A DNA stretch of 54,782 bases from a virus (IMGVR_UViG_3300025889_000152:1-54782), one strand, 5' to 3'; shown: positions 7,601 to 16,737, counted from the stretch's first letter. Notes: generated by a model from the sequence alone, not told the origin. Made by a program: numbers and translations.

Positions 7601-10462
7601 TATGTAACTGAAGTGCAGAAAGCGCCTCAAGGCGGCAAGAATATCCTTGCTGCCAATGCCCCTCTTGATGATGGGTCTATTCGTAAGAGATTAGTTGATG
7701 CTGCCGATCGCACGGGTATTGTTGTTAAACAGGCTGATGGATCGATCGCTGATATTCTTCCAAAGCCTAATAACTTAGAACTTGCGCCTAATCAGCGATT
7801 GCGTGGCACTGCCTATGTTGATCCAAAAACCAAGGCTCAAACGATCGCTGTTGATGCTGCGTTCCCTAAATTCGGGGTTGACAATACCATTGCTCACGAA
7901 ATGGGGCATATATTAGCAGGGCATACCGATGGATCAAGAGGCAAATTACCATCGACTTTGAAGGAATTAGAAGCTAATGCAGTTGCTTATGGCGTTCAAA
8001 AGAAATTAGGCGTAGCTGGCAATCCAAGGCTTCAAGATGCTTATCTTGAGAGGTACAGAAGCCACTTGAATATGCGCCAATATCAGGACTATAGATCGCA
8101 GATTGGCAATATTGATAGTGAGAGAGTGCAGAAAGCGGTTGATGCGATTCTCCCTTACTCTGTTGAATCGCAAAGGCTTGTTCGTGGTGAAAGATCTCAA
8201 CCAGTGGCGATCGCTCCTGAGATTGAGGGTATAACCGAAGCAACACCTCGGCAATCAACGGGGGCAATATATGAGCCTCCTGCATCAACTCAACCGCGAT
8301 CGCTGACCGAATTAAGACAACAAGCGGCTGACTTCAATCAGCGTTATGAATCAGGGCAAATACCAAAGCAAGCATATACAGGCAAATTTGCACCGATTGA
8401 GAAGCTGACTGTGGAACAATCGGCGGCAAGCATGGGTATGACACTTAGGGAATATCGCGATTTCCAAGAGAGGGCATATCGTGATTTTGCCCCTAAAGAA
8501 ATGCCCACAGGCGGATCTAAGAAGCCTCCAAAAATTGTCAAAGCCGATCGCATTGTCATTGATAAGCAAACAGGCGATCGCATTGATATGGATGCTTACA
8601 GAAAAGCGTCTAAGGAATGGCGACAATCGACTGCGGCTGAAACAGCGCCATTGCGTGAGGCATATGATCAAGCTGTTAAATCTGGTGACAAGGAACTGCA
8701 AAAAGCAGCACTTGAGGCGATCGCTGAGACTGAGGCAAGATTGCCAAAAGCGCCTATGCGATCGGACTTCGCCATTGACAAACCTGCGGCTCCCAAAAAA
8801 TCATCGGGCGGATTTAATAGACCTGCCCAATCTATCCAAAGGCAAAGTACATTTATCGCCGAATCTGCGGTAGAAGCTGCTGCCAAATCATCAGGGGCAA
8901 CTACTGGGCAAGTCAAAGCACAGATTGCTAGTCAACGGGCGACTGGTCAAGCTCCTGACCTAGATCGCGCTGTTGAGGCGATCGCACCTGCCGCAAAGCC
9001 TATGTCGTTAGCCGAAAGAATGGCTGTTATGAGGGAGTCTGCTCCTCAGCCTAGTAATAATGCAACGCCTAAAACTACTAGATTGCAATCTAGTTCTATG
9101 GACGCGGATTTAGATAAGGCGATCGCTGATATCGAAGCAAGGAACCCTTCGGCTCGATATTTTAAGGCGAAAGATACATTCTCTGCTTCTAAGCCTAGTG
9201 TTCCTGGTTTAGGTGATGCGATCGCTAGAATTGATTCGACAAACCCTAACTTAAATGCTATTGGTCAGCCAAGAGATGCAACTGGTTTAGATAGGGCGAT
9301 CGCTAATATTGAAGCTAAAAACCCTAGAGATACATTTGACGGGCGATCGCTACGAGATATAAAGTCTGCTACTGCTCAAAGGGTGGGCGATCGCGTTGAT
9401 TTCGGCGATCGCATTGGTGCATCGGGCTTAGGCATATTAATGGATACCGCCCAAGCCGCCCAAGTCCTAACCGAATCTGCGAGCCGTGGCGAAAAAGCTC
9501 CTGTTGCATTAACAAGGGCTGGCTTGTCGGTTGGCGCTGGTTATGCTACTACTGCCTTAGCGTCATATATCCCTAACCCATATCTAAGAACTGCTGCACA
9601 AATTGGCGGTGGTATTGCGGCTGTGGTGGGGGCTGACAAGGCGATTGATCAAGTCGTGGGTCGTGATGCTGCGAGAGAAGATAAGTTTGCAAAAGATTTG
9701 TCAAAACTTGACCTGAATCCAACAAAGGAAGCTGATCAATGGAAACCTTTTGCTAATGATTCTAATGTGCTTGCTGCCTATGGAAACTCGCTGACTGCAC
9801 AAATTCAATCAAACCTTGATTACCGTCCTGCGGCGCGATCGCTTGCAAATCTTGCAAACAGTCAATCGATAGACAATGCGCGTTATGCAAGTGAGAGAGG
9901 GCAAAGTATTGATCTAAATCAACAGGTCGGTGCGGGTCGTAGGCAAATGACTGGTCAATCATCTACCGTATATCGCGATCGCGGTGATGGAGTAACAGAA
10001 GCGATCGGTCGCCGAAGGGCATTTAGTGATGTTGAATCCAGAGTATTGGCATTACAAAACCTTGCTAATGAATCAGGTTATGAAGTACCAAGAACAGGTA
10101 AATTTGATCCTAAATTGTCTGAGGCATTAGAAAAACTTGGGTATAGCGATCGCCAAATTGGTGATTATATTCAAGGGCGATCTAAAACCATCGGCTCCCC
10201 TGCTGCAAAACAATCTAATCAGCAACAGGCTAAACAGCAATTTGCGCTAAGGTCTAAACTTGGCAAGGTCACAAGTTCGCAAATGTCTGAAGCGCTAAGT
10301 GCTGAGCGTAAACGTCAGGGACTTAAAGGCAATCAAAAACTGGATCAAGGCACTGTTGATTCCGTATTTAGTTCGCTGGCTGGGCGATCGCTGTCGCAAA
10401 TGCAAGGCAAGCCATCGTTTGCTAATAAAACATTTGCTAAGGCGGGATTTGGCATGAAGTAA
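4643..10462 (+). CDS. 1939-aa polyvalent internal virion/ejection protein with ADP-ribosyltransferase-like and zincin metallopeptidase domains
   Basis: YRG...FMATT...GGEVLYP (VIP2/Alt-type ART pattern); AHEMGH...ELEANAVAY (ImmA/IrrE-like zincin); Gly/Ala-rich hydrophobic segments. Confidence 0.75.
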   Translation: MANKKINTGAIATSANEPSRPKLTSDIIADYLERMGGQATLVKPDGSQYNPNRKGRVNIGDRMTTAEKFGQAADVGLSNEFQKLPEVHARFDDRQVALQVQKELATGRLTTQKFFESPDKAIADQAADEIRRSDGLLGRGESVEVRKLGKAYEVVAVKQYQPVPSRGNSAVRSYGLDNDPEGRFVAFNKPEEAYAAPKTLKELQAEARRLEASGTQALASDTRTEFKPQAQSNWEKLELPARSPMTEQLLQVAPEPRAIAAQTLDTPSDAWKLPQAKEPKLPHFYAQMASGDNPLGTGSTVQSEYDRAKSAYQGYQRFGYAPPDVEFPKLRELTKLAESEGVKGDDALKAYIKGKQNAPLIEAGVLPKPELPMTARLGQQYISPKSDKVGTVESVGKKGVKLNVDGQAVPVEYQTLEKLKYTGNKGYGFAAPAALRPVIGGFIGGTAGSMAFKQLAQAVGLNEDQQNAAAATGGLIGSFAGSVATNLPLDAKLRVPTAREFAATMMGAPQQRGAGARLFDLASSQAGAIAPDVRAKINSFPELPKNASMTGLGLYELDGSPSGLGWILRGEADDPSKYSYVRSLQQELLDSPNFTGISYRGVYVPSNKSPVSEAQKYGIANSRGYYDSSFMATTPSPSYAKTYGDNFFLEVLGNSGKKLLRHADEGGEVLYPAGNQFDVENYRVEDGKVTARLVDRNLKPDEVVKLKKQAFDRADFGSLFSDSNPIDKTFQQSYTLGSQGFESGQKFVSPSGGIASLIDASDPESIFFQAADGKPVYVNRSQFDRLQIKAPATLTDLKRGDGLISNKSDLRYTVMGVEGDNVKLRGEDGVIRITTKAKVPQLFRANTLGFATPAALRPVFGGFVGGTAGSMAFKQLAQAVGLNEDQQNAAAATGGIIGSFAGSAATNLPLDTKLRVPTAREFAQTMMSAPQQRGAGARLFDLVSSESGAIQPANPVIMQRQADRLKAQGYDVKLETFNPTQGWMDEYVTEVQKAPQGGKNILAANAPLDDGSIRKRLVDAADRTGIVVKQADGSIADILPKPNNLELAPNQRLRGTAYVDPKTKAQTIAVDAAFPKFGVDNTIAHEMGHILAGHTDGSRGKLPSTLKELEANAVAYGVQKKLGVAGNPRLQDAYLERYRSHLNMRQYQDYRSQIGNIDSERVQKAVDAILPYSVESQRLVRGERSQPVAIAPEIEGITEATPRQSTGAIYEPPASTQPRSLTELRQQAADFNQRYESGQIPKQAYTGKFAPIEKLTVEQSAASMGMTLREYRDFQERAYRDFAPKEMPTGGSKKPPKIVKADRIVIDKQTGDRIDMDAYRKASKEWRQSTAAETAPLREAYDQAVKSGDKELQKAALEAIAETEARLPKAPMRSDFAIDKPAAPKKSSGGFNRPAQSIQRQSTFIAESAVEAAAKSSGATTGQVKAQIASQRATGQAPDLDRAVEAIAPAAKPMSLAERMAVMRESAPQPSNNATPKTTRLQSSSMDADLDKAIADIEARNPSARYFKAKDTFSASKPSVPGLGDAIARIDSTNPNLNAIGQPRDATGLDRAIANIEAKNPRDTFDGRSLRDIKSATAQRVGDRVDFGDRIGASGLGILMDTAQAAQVLTESASRGEKAPVALTRAGLSVGAGYATTALASYIPNPYLRTAAQIGGGIAAVVGADKAIDQVVGRDAAREDKFAKDLSKLDLNPTKEADQWKPFANDSNVLAAYGNSLTAQIQSNLDYRPAARSLANLANSQSIDNARYASERGQSIDLNQQVGAGRRQMTGQSSTVYRDRGDGVTEAIGRRRAFSDVESRVLALQNLANESGYEVPRTGKFDPKLSEALEKLGYSDRQIGDYIQGRSKTIGSPAAKQSNQQQAKQQFALRSKLGKVTSSQMSEALSAERKRQGLKGNQKLDQGTVDSVFSSLAGRSLSQMQGKPSFANKTFAKAGFGMK
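5924..7491 (+). repeat. Two ~305-bp intragenic direct repeats (5924..6229 and 7187..7491)
   Basis: Near-identical DNA encoding GFA.PAALRPV.GGF.GGTAGSMAFKQLAQAVGLNEDQQNAAAATGG...RGAGARLFDL; offset 1263. Confidence 0.95.
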
Positions 10463-10621
10463 GAGGGCTTACTTTGCGAACACTGCAAAAAAGATTATGA
10501 TTGCAATAACAAAAGGTATTTGATAATGCTCCTGAGATCTAATCCATCGTTCGTAACCAATGAAGTAACCAAGAACAAAGGCGATCGCATAACCGTATTT
10601 CTTGATGAAATTGAGTAGCAT

Positions 10622-12769
10622 ATGGCTCCTAAATTTGACAACTTTGTAGATGGATCTGTTGGCGGCTTAGGCAGTGCGCTAGGTCAATATTTTAAGTGGA
10701 ATTTTAGCCAATCTCCTGCGGGGATTTCTACTTATAATGCCGCATCAAATGCAGGGCTAAGACCATCGACAGCTTTTGGTGCATCGTTGCTTACGACTGC
10801 GGGTTTGCAGTATGCAACTAATAATGCTCTGAAGGGTCGCGATCGCGATCAAAAAAAGCCGATATTTGGAGATTCCTATACTTGGGAAGATCAGGCATGG
10901 GACTCTACTATGGGCTTGATTCTACCAAATCAGGGTAAAGTACCTCGTACTTATGGCGATTATTTGAATGAAGCTCGGCAAAATGGCGCGGCTCAATCAG
11001 AAATTTTATCGCCAAGTGCTTATGAGGCTTGGAAGGACGCTGAGTACAATCAAGGCGGATTATTTAGGATCAATCGTGAAGGTCAAGGTTCTGAAATAGT
11101 TGGGCGTGATACTGCCACATTTTTTAATAGAACAGTTACAAATCCTTTGTATGCCTATGACGGATCACTAGGCAAGGAAAATGTTGATCGTTTAACGGCT
11201 GGCGTAGGACTTGCAGGATTAGGCGGATCTGCTGCTGCATTAAAGGGTTATACCGATTTAGCAAAACTTGGTTCTACTGTAGGGGCTACTCCTGCTTATA
11301 ACCTTGGGGATACATCTAAAATTATAGGTGGGTCAGCACTTAAAGGTTTGGGAGTAGCCGCTACTGTTTACGGTGGCATTACTGACTTTGCCGAAAGTAA
11401 AAAAGCTGGCGATAGTGATTTTAGGGCTGCAACTAATGCAACATTTAATGTTGGTGGTGCACTAGCTGGCGCTGCTGCTGCTGGACAAACTGCTACATCT
11501 TTGTCAGCCCCACTATTGGCAACACCTGCGGCTCCCGCCGTACCTTTTATAGTTGGTGCTAGTACAATAGGCGGCGCTGTAGCAGGGTCGGGCTTAGGCG
11601 GATGGCTAAGTGATCGCGCTTTAGATTTATTTGGTGAAAAAAAATCAAATGAACCAAGTGCTGATGATTTGTACAGGGCGGCAGATCTAAGATTGCAAAG
11701 GGCTTTACAAGATAAACAATTAAGAGAAACAGGTACTAGCGATATGGCAACTCCAAATACTACTACTAACACTGGAACTAGGGTAACGAATAATATTAGA
11801 TCGTCTGATTATGCACCTGGCGAAAGATTTAATTTAGATCGCACAAAAATCCAATTAGACGCAATGAATCAGCGCTATGGAATTGATGCGACTACAGGGG
11901 CAAATTTACAAAACTATCAATGGCAATCGCAGGATCGCCAATTTGCTACTAAAGTAAATGCTGGTGAGACAAGGGTAAAAACCTATGCCGAATTGCAAGC
12001 AGCATTAGATCGCAATCGCGTAACTCGCGAAGTTGGGCTTGATAGCAATCGCGTAACTCGCGAAGTTGGGCTTGATAGTAATCGCGTAACTCGCGAAGTT
12101 GGACTAAACCGTAATCAGTTGCAGTCGGGCGATAATCGCTTTGAGACTACTACTAAGTACGGAACTCAAGAGCGAATGAATCAGTACAATCGCAATACTC
12201 TAGATCGCACTGAAATTGCTAAGGAGCAAATCAAAGCAGGAACCTATGGGCGATCGCAGAGTGATATTAATTCAATGGCGATTGAATCTAATGCTCGGAA
12301 GGTGAATCAAGATTTTAATGATCGCATGATGCAGTATGGTCGCTACCAGATGGAGATCAATAAATTCACTAATGATGTCGGCAATGCGCAGCGATCGTAC
12401 ATGGATCAACGAAGCGATCTTGAGAATGAGCGCCGCGCTGCAACTGCTAGGTATAACCAAGAGCAGGCACAGAAACGCGCCGATCTTGAATACGATCGCC
12501 AACAGCGTAAGCTTGACCGCGATCGTTCATATTATGAATTTGACATAAGGCGTAACGACACCAATGCAACCTTGGCACAGCAAAACGCATTTAGGCAGCA
12601 AGAACTAGCATTTCGTCAGCAAGAAATTAATAATAGTTCTGCACTTGATCAAGCTAGGATTGCCCAAATCTATGCAGATACCAAACTAAAAAATGATCAA
12701 TTTGGTGCTGGTAGAGCAGATATCAGCTACAATCGCAATCAACAGCGATCGCGTTCTATCGCTTTTTAA
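10622..12769 (+). CDS. Putative DNA ejection/pilot protein
   Basis: Gly/Ala hydrophobic middle, long Q/N/R/E-rich coiled-coil C-terminus, 11-aa repeats. Confidence 0.6.
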   Translation: MAPKFDNFVDGSVGGLGSALGQYFKWNFSQSPAGISTYNAASNAGLRPSTAFGASLLTTAGLQYATNNALKGRDRDQKKPIFGDSYTWEDQAWDSTMGLILPNQGKVPRTYGDYLNEARQNGAAQSEILSPSAYEAWKDAEYNQGGLFRINREGQGSEIVGRDTATFFNRTVTNPLYAYDGSLGKENVDRLTAGVGLAGLGGSAAALKGYTDLAKLGSTVGATPAYNLGDTSKIIGGSALKGLGVAATVYGGITDFAESKKAGDSDFRAATNATFNVGGALAGAAAAGQTATSLSAPLLATPAAPAVPFIVGASTIGGAVAGSGLGGWLSDRALDLFGEKKSNEPSADDLYRAADLRLQRALQDKQLRETGTSDMATPNTTTNTGTRVTNNIRSSDYAPGERFNLDRTKIQLDAMNQRYGIDATTGANLQNYQWQSQDRQFATKVNAGETRVKTYAELQAALDRNRVTREVGLDSNRVTREVGLDSNRVTREVGLNRNQLQSGDNRFETTTKYGTQERMNQYNRNTLDRTEIAKEQIKAGTYGRSQSDINSMAIESNARKVNQDFNDRMMQYGRYQMEINKFTNDVGNAQRSYMDQRSDLENERRAATARYNQEQAQKRADLEYDRQQRKLDRDRSYYEFDIRRNDTNATLAQQNAFRQQELAFRQQEINNSSALDQARIAQIYADTKLKNDQFGAGRADISYNRNQQRSRSIAF
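12008..12114 (+). repeat. 33-bp tandem repeat x3 encoding NRVTREVGLDS
   Basis: AATCGCGTAACTCGCGAAGTTGG at 12014, 12047 and 12080. Confidence 0.95.
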
Positions 12770-12784
12770 ATTATTAGTAACCAT

Positions 12785-13555
12785 ATGGCAACCGAATACA
12801 ATCCTGCTGGCACAACTGATGAGGCGATCACGCCTTCGATTTCACCCACCCCTGCGGCTCCTGCTGACTTAGGAGATGGCGGCTATAAGGCTCTGACTGC
12901 TGAACGTGAACAGCGTAAAGCTCTTGAGAAACAGACTAAGCAACTCGAAGCTATGCTTGTTGAAAGCAAGAAGGCTTTGGAGCAAAGCAACCTGTCGCTC
13001 AAGGAGCAATTTGAACTTGAGAAAGAGCAATATAAGCAATCGCTGCTTACTGAAGCGCAACAGGCGATCGCTGAACGTGACAAGAAGTTGCAAGAAGTTT
13101 ACGAAACCGCCCAACAGTATGAGCAACGTGCGGCGCTTCTTGAGCAACAAAGGGCGATCGCTGCAATTCAAACAGGATTTGCTCAAACCTTTGACGGGTT
13201 ACTCGTTAATCCTCGGAAGGTTGAGGCATATATGTCTCAAATTGCGGATGATTTAACCGTTGCCTCCGATGGGCAACCTGCTTTGATCATCCGCGATCGC
13301 GATGGACAACCTACTGGACTTGCGCCATTGGAACAGGCAATTAATTACTTCCAGCAAATTTATCCTGAAGACTTTAAGCCTCCTGCACAGCAAAACACTG
13401 GCGGCGGCTATCGCAATCTGGCTACTCTTGGTGGCGATCGCTCTGGTAGCAATGGTCAAAGGCTACAGCTTCCGCCAATGGGTAAGATTACTCCTGAACA
13501 GTTCCTAGCTAACCGTGAGGCGATCGCTAAGGGTGACTTTGAGGTGGTGAAATGA
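12785..13555 (+). CDS. Capsid scaffolding protein
   Basis: GDGGYKALTAEREQRKALEK coiled coil, then PEDFK..GGG and short C-terminal helix; upstream of the coat gene. Confidence 0.75.
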   Translation: MATEYNPAGTTDEAITPSISPTPAAPADLGDGGYKALTAEREQRKALEKQTKQLEAMLVESKKALEQSNLSLKEQFELEKEQYKQSLLTEAQQAIAERDKKLQEVYETAQQYEQRAALLEQQRAIAAIQTGFAQTFDGLLVNPRKVEAYMSQIADDLTVASDGQPALIIRDRDGQPTGLAPLEQAINYFQQIYPEDFKPPAQQNTGGGYRNLATLGGDRSGSNGQRLQLPPMGKITPEQFLANREAIAKGDFEVVK

Positions 13556-13830
13556 ACAAAGGCGAATTAGTTGATGCGATCGCAGTTAGAACCAAGGGAC
13601 TCGCAACCAAGAAAGCTGTTGATGTTGTGGTATCTGAATTGCTTAGCGTAATCATGGATACTGTCGTTAGTGGCGATCGCGTAACCTTGGTAGGATTCGG
13701 GTCGTTTGAAGCGCGAACCAGAAAAGAGCGTGAGGGTCATAATCCTCGGACTGGTGAGAAAATGATTATCCCGCCTGTCACTGTTCCCTGCTTCTCTGCT
13801 GGTAAACTATTTAAAGAAAAGGCAAACTGA
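13552..13830 (+). CDS. hup: HU family DNA-binding protein
   Basis: MNKGELVDAIA...GDRVTLVGFGSFEARTRKEREGHNPRTGE...PCFSAGKLFKE. Confidence 0.95.
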   Translation: MNKGELVDAIAVRTKGLATKKAVDVVVSELLSVIMDTVVSGDRVTLVGFGSFEARTRKEREGHNPRTGEKMIIPPVTVPCFSAGKLFKEKAN

Positions 13831-13880
13831 CATTTAGGTATATAGCGGTGCTTCGCGCCGCTATTTTTATGGTGATAACT

Positions 13881-14345
13881 ATGGATATGAAAAAAGAAGA
13901 CTGCGATCGCCTTGGCTACTGTTTCAAAATACTTCGTAACCTAGAGCTTCTGGTCGAACAAGCGCACTGGAATATTAAAGGTGAAAACTTTTACCAGTTG
14001 CATTTATTGTTTATGCGGATCTATGAACTGCTTGATGGGTTTGAGGATCGCTTTGCTGAGAATATGCGATCGCTATTTATCCTTGTACCAAACAGCCCTA
14101 AGTTTCTCGCTGATTGCAAGATGGAGTTCCCAGAGAATCCAAGTCAAACAGGCAAGAAGTATCTTGAGCTTATCCATGCTGGTAATCGTATGCTCGCTGA
14201 GTGTGCGATCGAGTGCATGGATATGTGTACCAAGTGTGGCAAGCATGGCATAGCTAATATGCTGCAAGATATCGTTGAGGCAACAGGAACTATTTACTAT
14301 CTCACCGAATCGCAACTTGGATTGACTGAGATACCCAAAAAATAG
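13881..14345 (+). CDS. dps: Dps / ferritin-like protein
   Basis: AHWNIKGENFYQLHLLF...EDRFAENMR Dps signature; ATG at 13881 preferred over GTG at 13848. Confidence 0.85.
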   Translation: MDMKKEDCDRLGYCFKILRNLELLVEQAHWNIKGENFYQLHLLFMRIYELLDGFEDRFAENMRSLFILVPNSPKFLADCKMEFPENPSQTGKKYLELIHAGNRMLAECAIECMDMCTKCGKHGIANMLQDIVEATGTIYYLTESQLGLTEIPKK

Positions 14346-14412
14346 CAGGGGGGTTCCCCAAAATGAACCCTTTGTATATATTCTTGGGAGAGAGAAATAT
14401 TTTTGTAGAATT
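14337..14412 (+). repeat. Dispersed ~75-bp element, copy 2 (overlaps dps stop)
   Basis: AAAAAATAGCAGGGGGGTTCCCCAAAA...TGTATATATTCTTGGGAGAGAGAAATATTTTTGTAGAATT. Confidence 0.93.
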
Positions 14413-14631
14413 TTGAGGCGATCGCATAGACCATATTCTCGGCTTTGGGTAAATGGCGATCGCCTATCTATGCGCCAATAAATCATTAATCTGCTAATAT
14501 GAAATTAACTAAGCCTAATCCTGTCTGATAGTCTCGGCGGCGCGATGCCCTGACGATGATTCGACTAGAGCGACTCGAAAAAGATTTAGGCAAAAAAGAA
14601 CCTTCTCAAGAACCTTTTTTGCTGTAAATAT

Positions 14632-15795
14632 ATGTCAAATATCATTGATGATCAGTTGCTTGTGCGGGGGTACGCACTTGCACTAGAAGCACTTGAACGT
14701 AATCTCGCATTTTTACAATGGACATTACGCACCGATATGAACATCGGTGTGCCTGAAAAGTCTGTTGTTATTCCGATCCCTTCTCGTATGTCCGATGCCG
14801 AAGACGTTGTACCAAGCTCGGCTCCTGCTCAAGGCGATCCAATGCAACCAGGATTTGCGACTGTCACGATCAACAAGTGGAAACGAAAGGGCTTCACTTG
14901 GACGGATGAAGAACAAAATAGCGTTGCTAATGGTGTCCTTGGCGGTCAAAACCAAGCGGCGATCAATGCCTTGGCGCGAACTGTCGTTAAGGATGTTTTG
15001 GGCAATACTTATAAGAAAGCCTATCAAGCTGTCGGTGTCCCTGGGCAAATTCCTTTTACTAACGATTTAACCGTTGCGGGTGAAGCTCGTAAGAAGCTAA
15101 ACCGTCAAGGTGCTGACGCGATGGAGCGCTATATGCTACTTGATAGTGACGCTGACGGCGCGGCTTCGATTCTCCCTGCATTTACTGAAGCACAAAGCGC
15201 TGGCATGGATCATGTTCTCGCAATGCGTGAGGGCATTATTGCTCGTAAAGCAGGTTTCAACTTTGGCTATAACGGTTACTTAGAAGAAGCTTGTAAGCAT
15301 ACTAACGGGACTGCTGCCCCTGGGGCATACCTTGTTAATGGCGCGGGTCAAGCGGTCGGCGCAACTACTTTGACCGTTGACACTGGTTCGGGCGCTCCAA
15401 ATGAAGGGACCCTATTCACGATCGCTGGCGATTCTCAAGAGTATGTCTGCGGTGCTGGCTGTACTACTACGTCATGGACAATTTCACCTGCGTTGAAGGT
15501 TTCCCCTTCTAACGATGCGGTAATTACTATTCGTGGCGCAAGCTCTGCAAGTGGTTACGTTTATCAGTCATTAGCATTTGGTCGTGAGGCGATCGCCTTT
15601 GCATCCCGTCCAGATAATGCAGTCTTGACCCCTGACACGATGATGATGCAGATTCCTAACCCTAATTCGGGATTGGTTCTTGCATTAGAAGTTAGTCGTC
15701 AGAACAAACAGACTTTATTCGATTACTCGATCCGCTACGGCTATACCGTTGCTCGTCCTGAGCTTTTGGTGCGGGTATTCGGCGCGACTGAATAA
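14632..15795 (+). CDS. Major capsid protein, P22 coat (gp5)-like, with inserted beta domain
   Basis: 387 aa; SVVIPIP, VTINKWKRKGFTWTDEE, ARKKLNRQGA..RYMLLD, C-terminal FDYSIRYGYTVARPELLVRV; follows scaffold and precedes a terminator. Confidence 0.85.
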   Translation: MSNIIDDQLLVRGYALALEALERNLAFLQWTLRTDMNIGVPEKSVVIPIPSRMSDAEDVVPSSAPAQGDPMQPGFATVTINKWKRKGFTWTDEEQNSVANGVLGGQNQAAINALARTVVKDVLGNTYKKAYQAVGVPGQIPFTNDLTVAGEARKKLNRQGADAMERYMLLDSDADGAASILPAFTEAQSAGMDHVLAMREGIIARKAGFNFGYNGYLEEACKHTNGTAAPGAYLVNGAGQAVGATTLTVDTGSGAPNEGTLFTIAGDSQEYVCGAGCTTTSWTISPALKVSPSNDAVITIRGASSASGYVYQSLAFGREAIAFASRPDNAVLTPDTMMMQIPNPNSGLVLALEVSRQNKQTLFDYSIRYGYTVARPELLVRVFGATE

Positions 15796-15798
15796 ATC

Positions 15799-15832
15799 TG
15801 AACTACTCGAAAATTTCGAGTAGTTCATTTTG
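15799..15832 (+). terminator. Intrinsic terminator after coat gene
   Basis: TGAACTACTCGAAA-A-TTTCGAGTAGTTCA followed by T-run. Confidence 0.8.
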
Positions 15833-15849
15833 CAAACTTTTATTTTCTG

Positions 15850-16245
15850 GTGAAACTTATGTCTCTTGGCGCTTATCTTGAGCCTAACATTACTAAAACT
15901 GCTGGCGGTACGATTCAGTTAACTGCTGATGAGGCTGGATCTTTGATTGTTTCTGCTGGTACTACTGCAACATCTTTCCGATTGCCTCCTATCACCTCCC
16001 CTGATCAAGACTTCAGATTTACTTTTCTGAATACCGTTGATCAAAATATGGCGATCTTGCCTCCTTCTACTAAGGGCTATGATAACGCCTCTTTAACCCT
16101 TGGCACATTGAACAATGCTGCTGCTGCATCCGTGACTTACTCAACCAGTTCCCAAAAAATTGGTGCTGTTGCCTCGGCGCGATCGATCGCTGGCAAATGG
16201 TGGGTAGTCAATAACACCGATGCTGCTGCCGCAACTGTTGCTTAA
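15850..16245 (+). CDS. Minor structural/decoration protein, paralog A
   Basis: Beta-rich; shares NNAAAAS...STSSQKIG and terminal ATVA with the next gene. Confidence 0.6.
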   Translation: MKLMSLGAYLEPNITKTAGGTIQLTADEAGSLIVSAGTTATSFRLPPITSPDQDFRFTFLNTVDQNMAILPPSTKGYDNASLTLGTLNNAAAASVTYSTSSQKIGAVASARSIAGKWWVVNNTDAAAATVA

Positions 16246-16284
16246 CTTCCGCTTTCTCCGCAAATTTTCTCTAGGTAATAAATT

Positions 16285-16737
16285 ATGGCAGCTGGTAATA
16301 TTCTCGCGTTATGGAACGCAATTACAGGCAAGCAGGATGTAGCTAGGCTTGACTCTACCACAGGCGGCTTGATTGTACGGGCTTATCAAAGCTTTATCGG
16401 TGGCGCGATCGCCGCTAAGACTGCAAACTACACTGTCGGCACTGTTGCCACTGATGTATTTGGCACAGTATTTACAAATGAAGGGGCAAGTGGTGCGGTA
16501 ACTTTTACCCTCCCTGCTCCAACTTCGGGCGCATACTACTTCTTTGCGGGTGTCGCCGATCAAAATATTACTATTTCTGCGGGTGCAGGACTTGGGATAA
16601 CTGTGAATAATGCTGCTGCGGCTAGTATCGCTTTCTCAACCAGTTCTCAAAAGATTGGTAGTTTTGCCGTGGCGATCGCGAATGGCACGAAATGGCTATT
16701 AGTCAATCTCAGCAATAACACGGCTACTGTGGCATAA
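16285..16737 (+). CDS. Minor structural/decoration protein, paralog B
   Basis: KTANYTV...AVTFTLPA...NGTKW pattern; paralog of the previous ORF. Confidence 0.6.
   Translation: MAAGNILALWNAITGKQDVARLDSTTGGLIVRAYQSFIGGAIAAKTANYTVGTVATDVFGTVFTNEGASGAVTFTLPAPTSGAYYFFAGVADQNITISAGAGLGITVNNAAAASIAFSTSSQKIGSFAVAIANGTKWLLVNLSNNTATVA

Noticed and set aside
10463-10618. Readthrough extension of the 1939-aa ORF (frame stays open ~50 codons after TAA, includes CEHC)
   Set aside because: TAA is a poor readthrough codon and no stimulatory signal is visible; may be chance or a small separate ORF
12008-12114. CRISPR array
   Set aside because: Contiguous in-frame 33-bp coding repeats with no unique spacers; no cas genes
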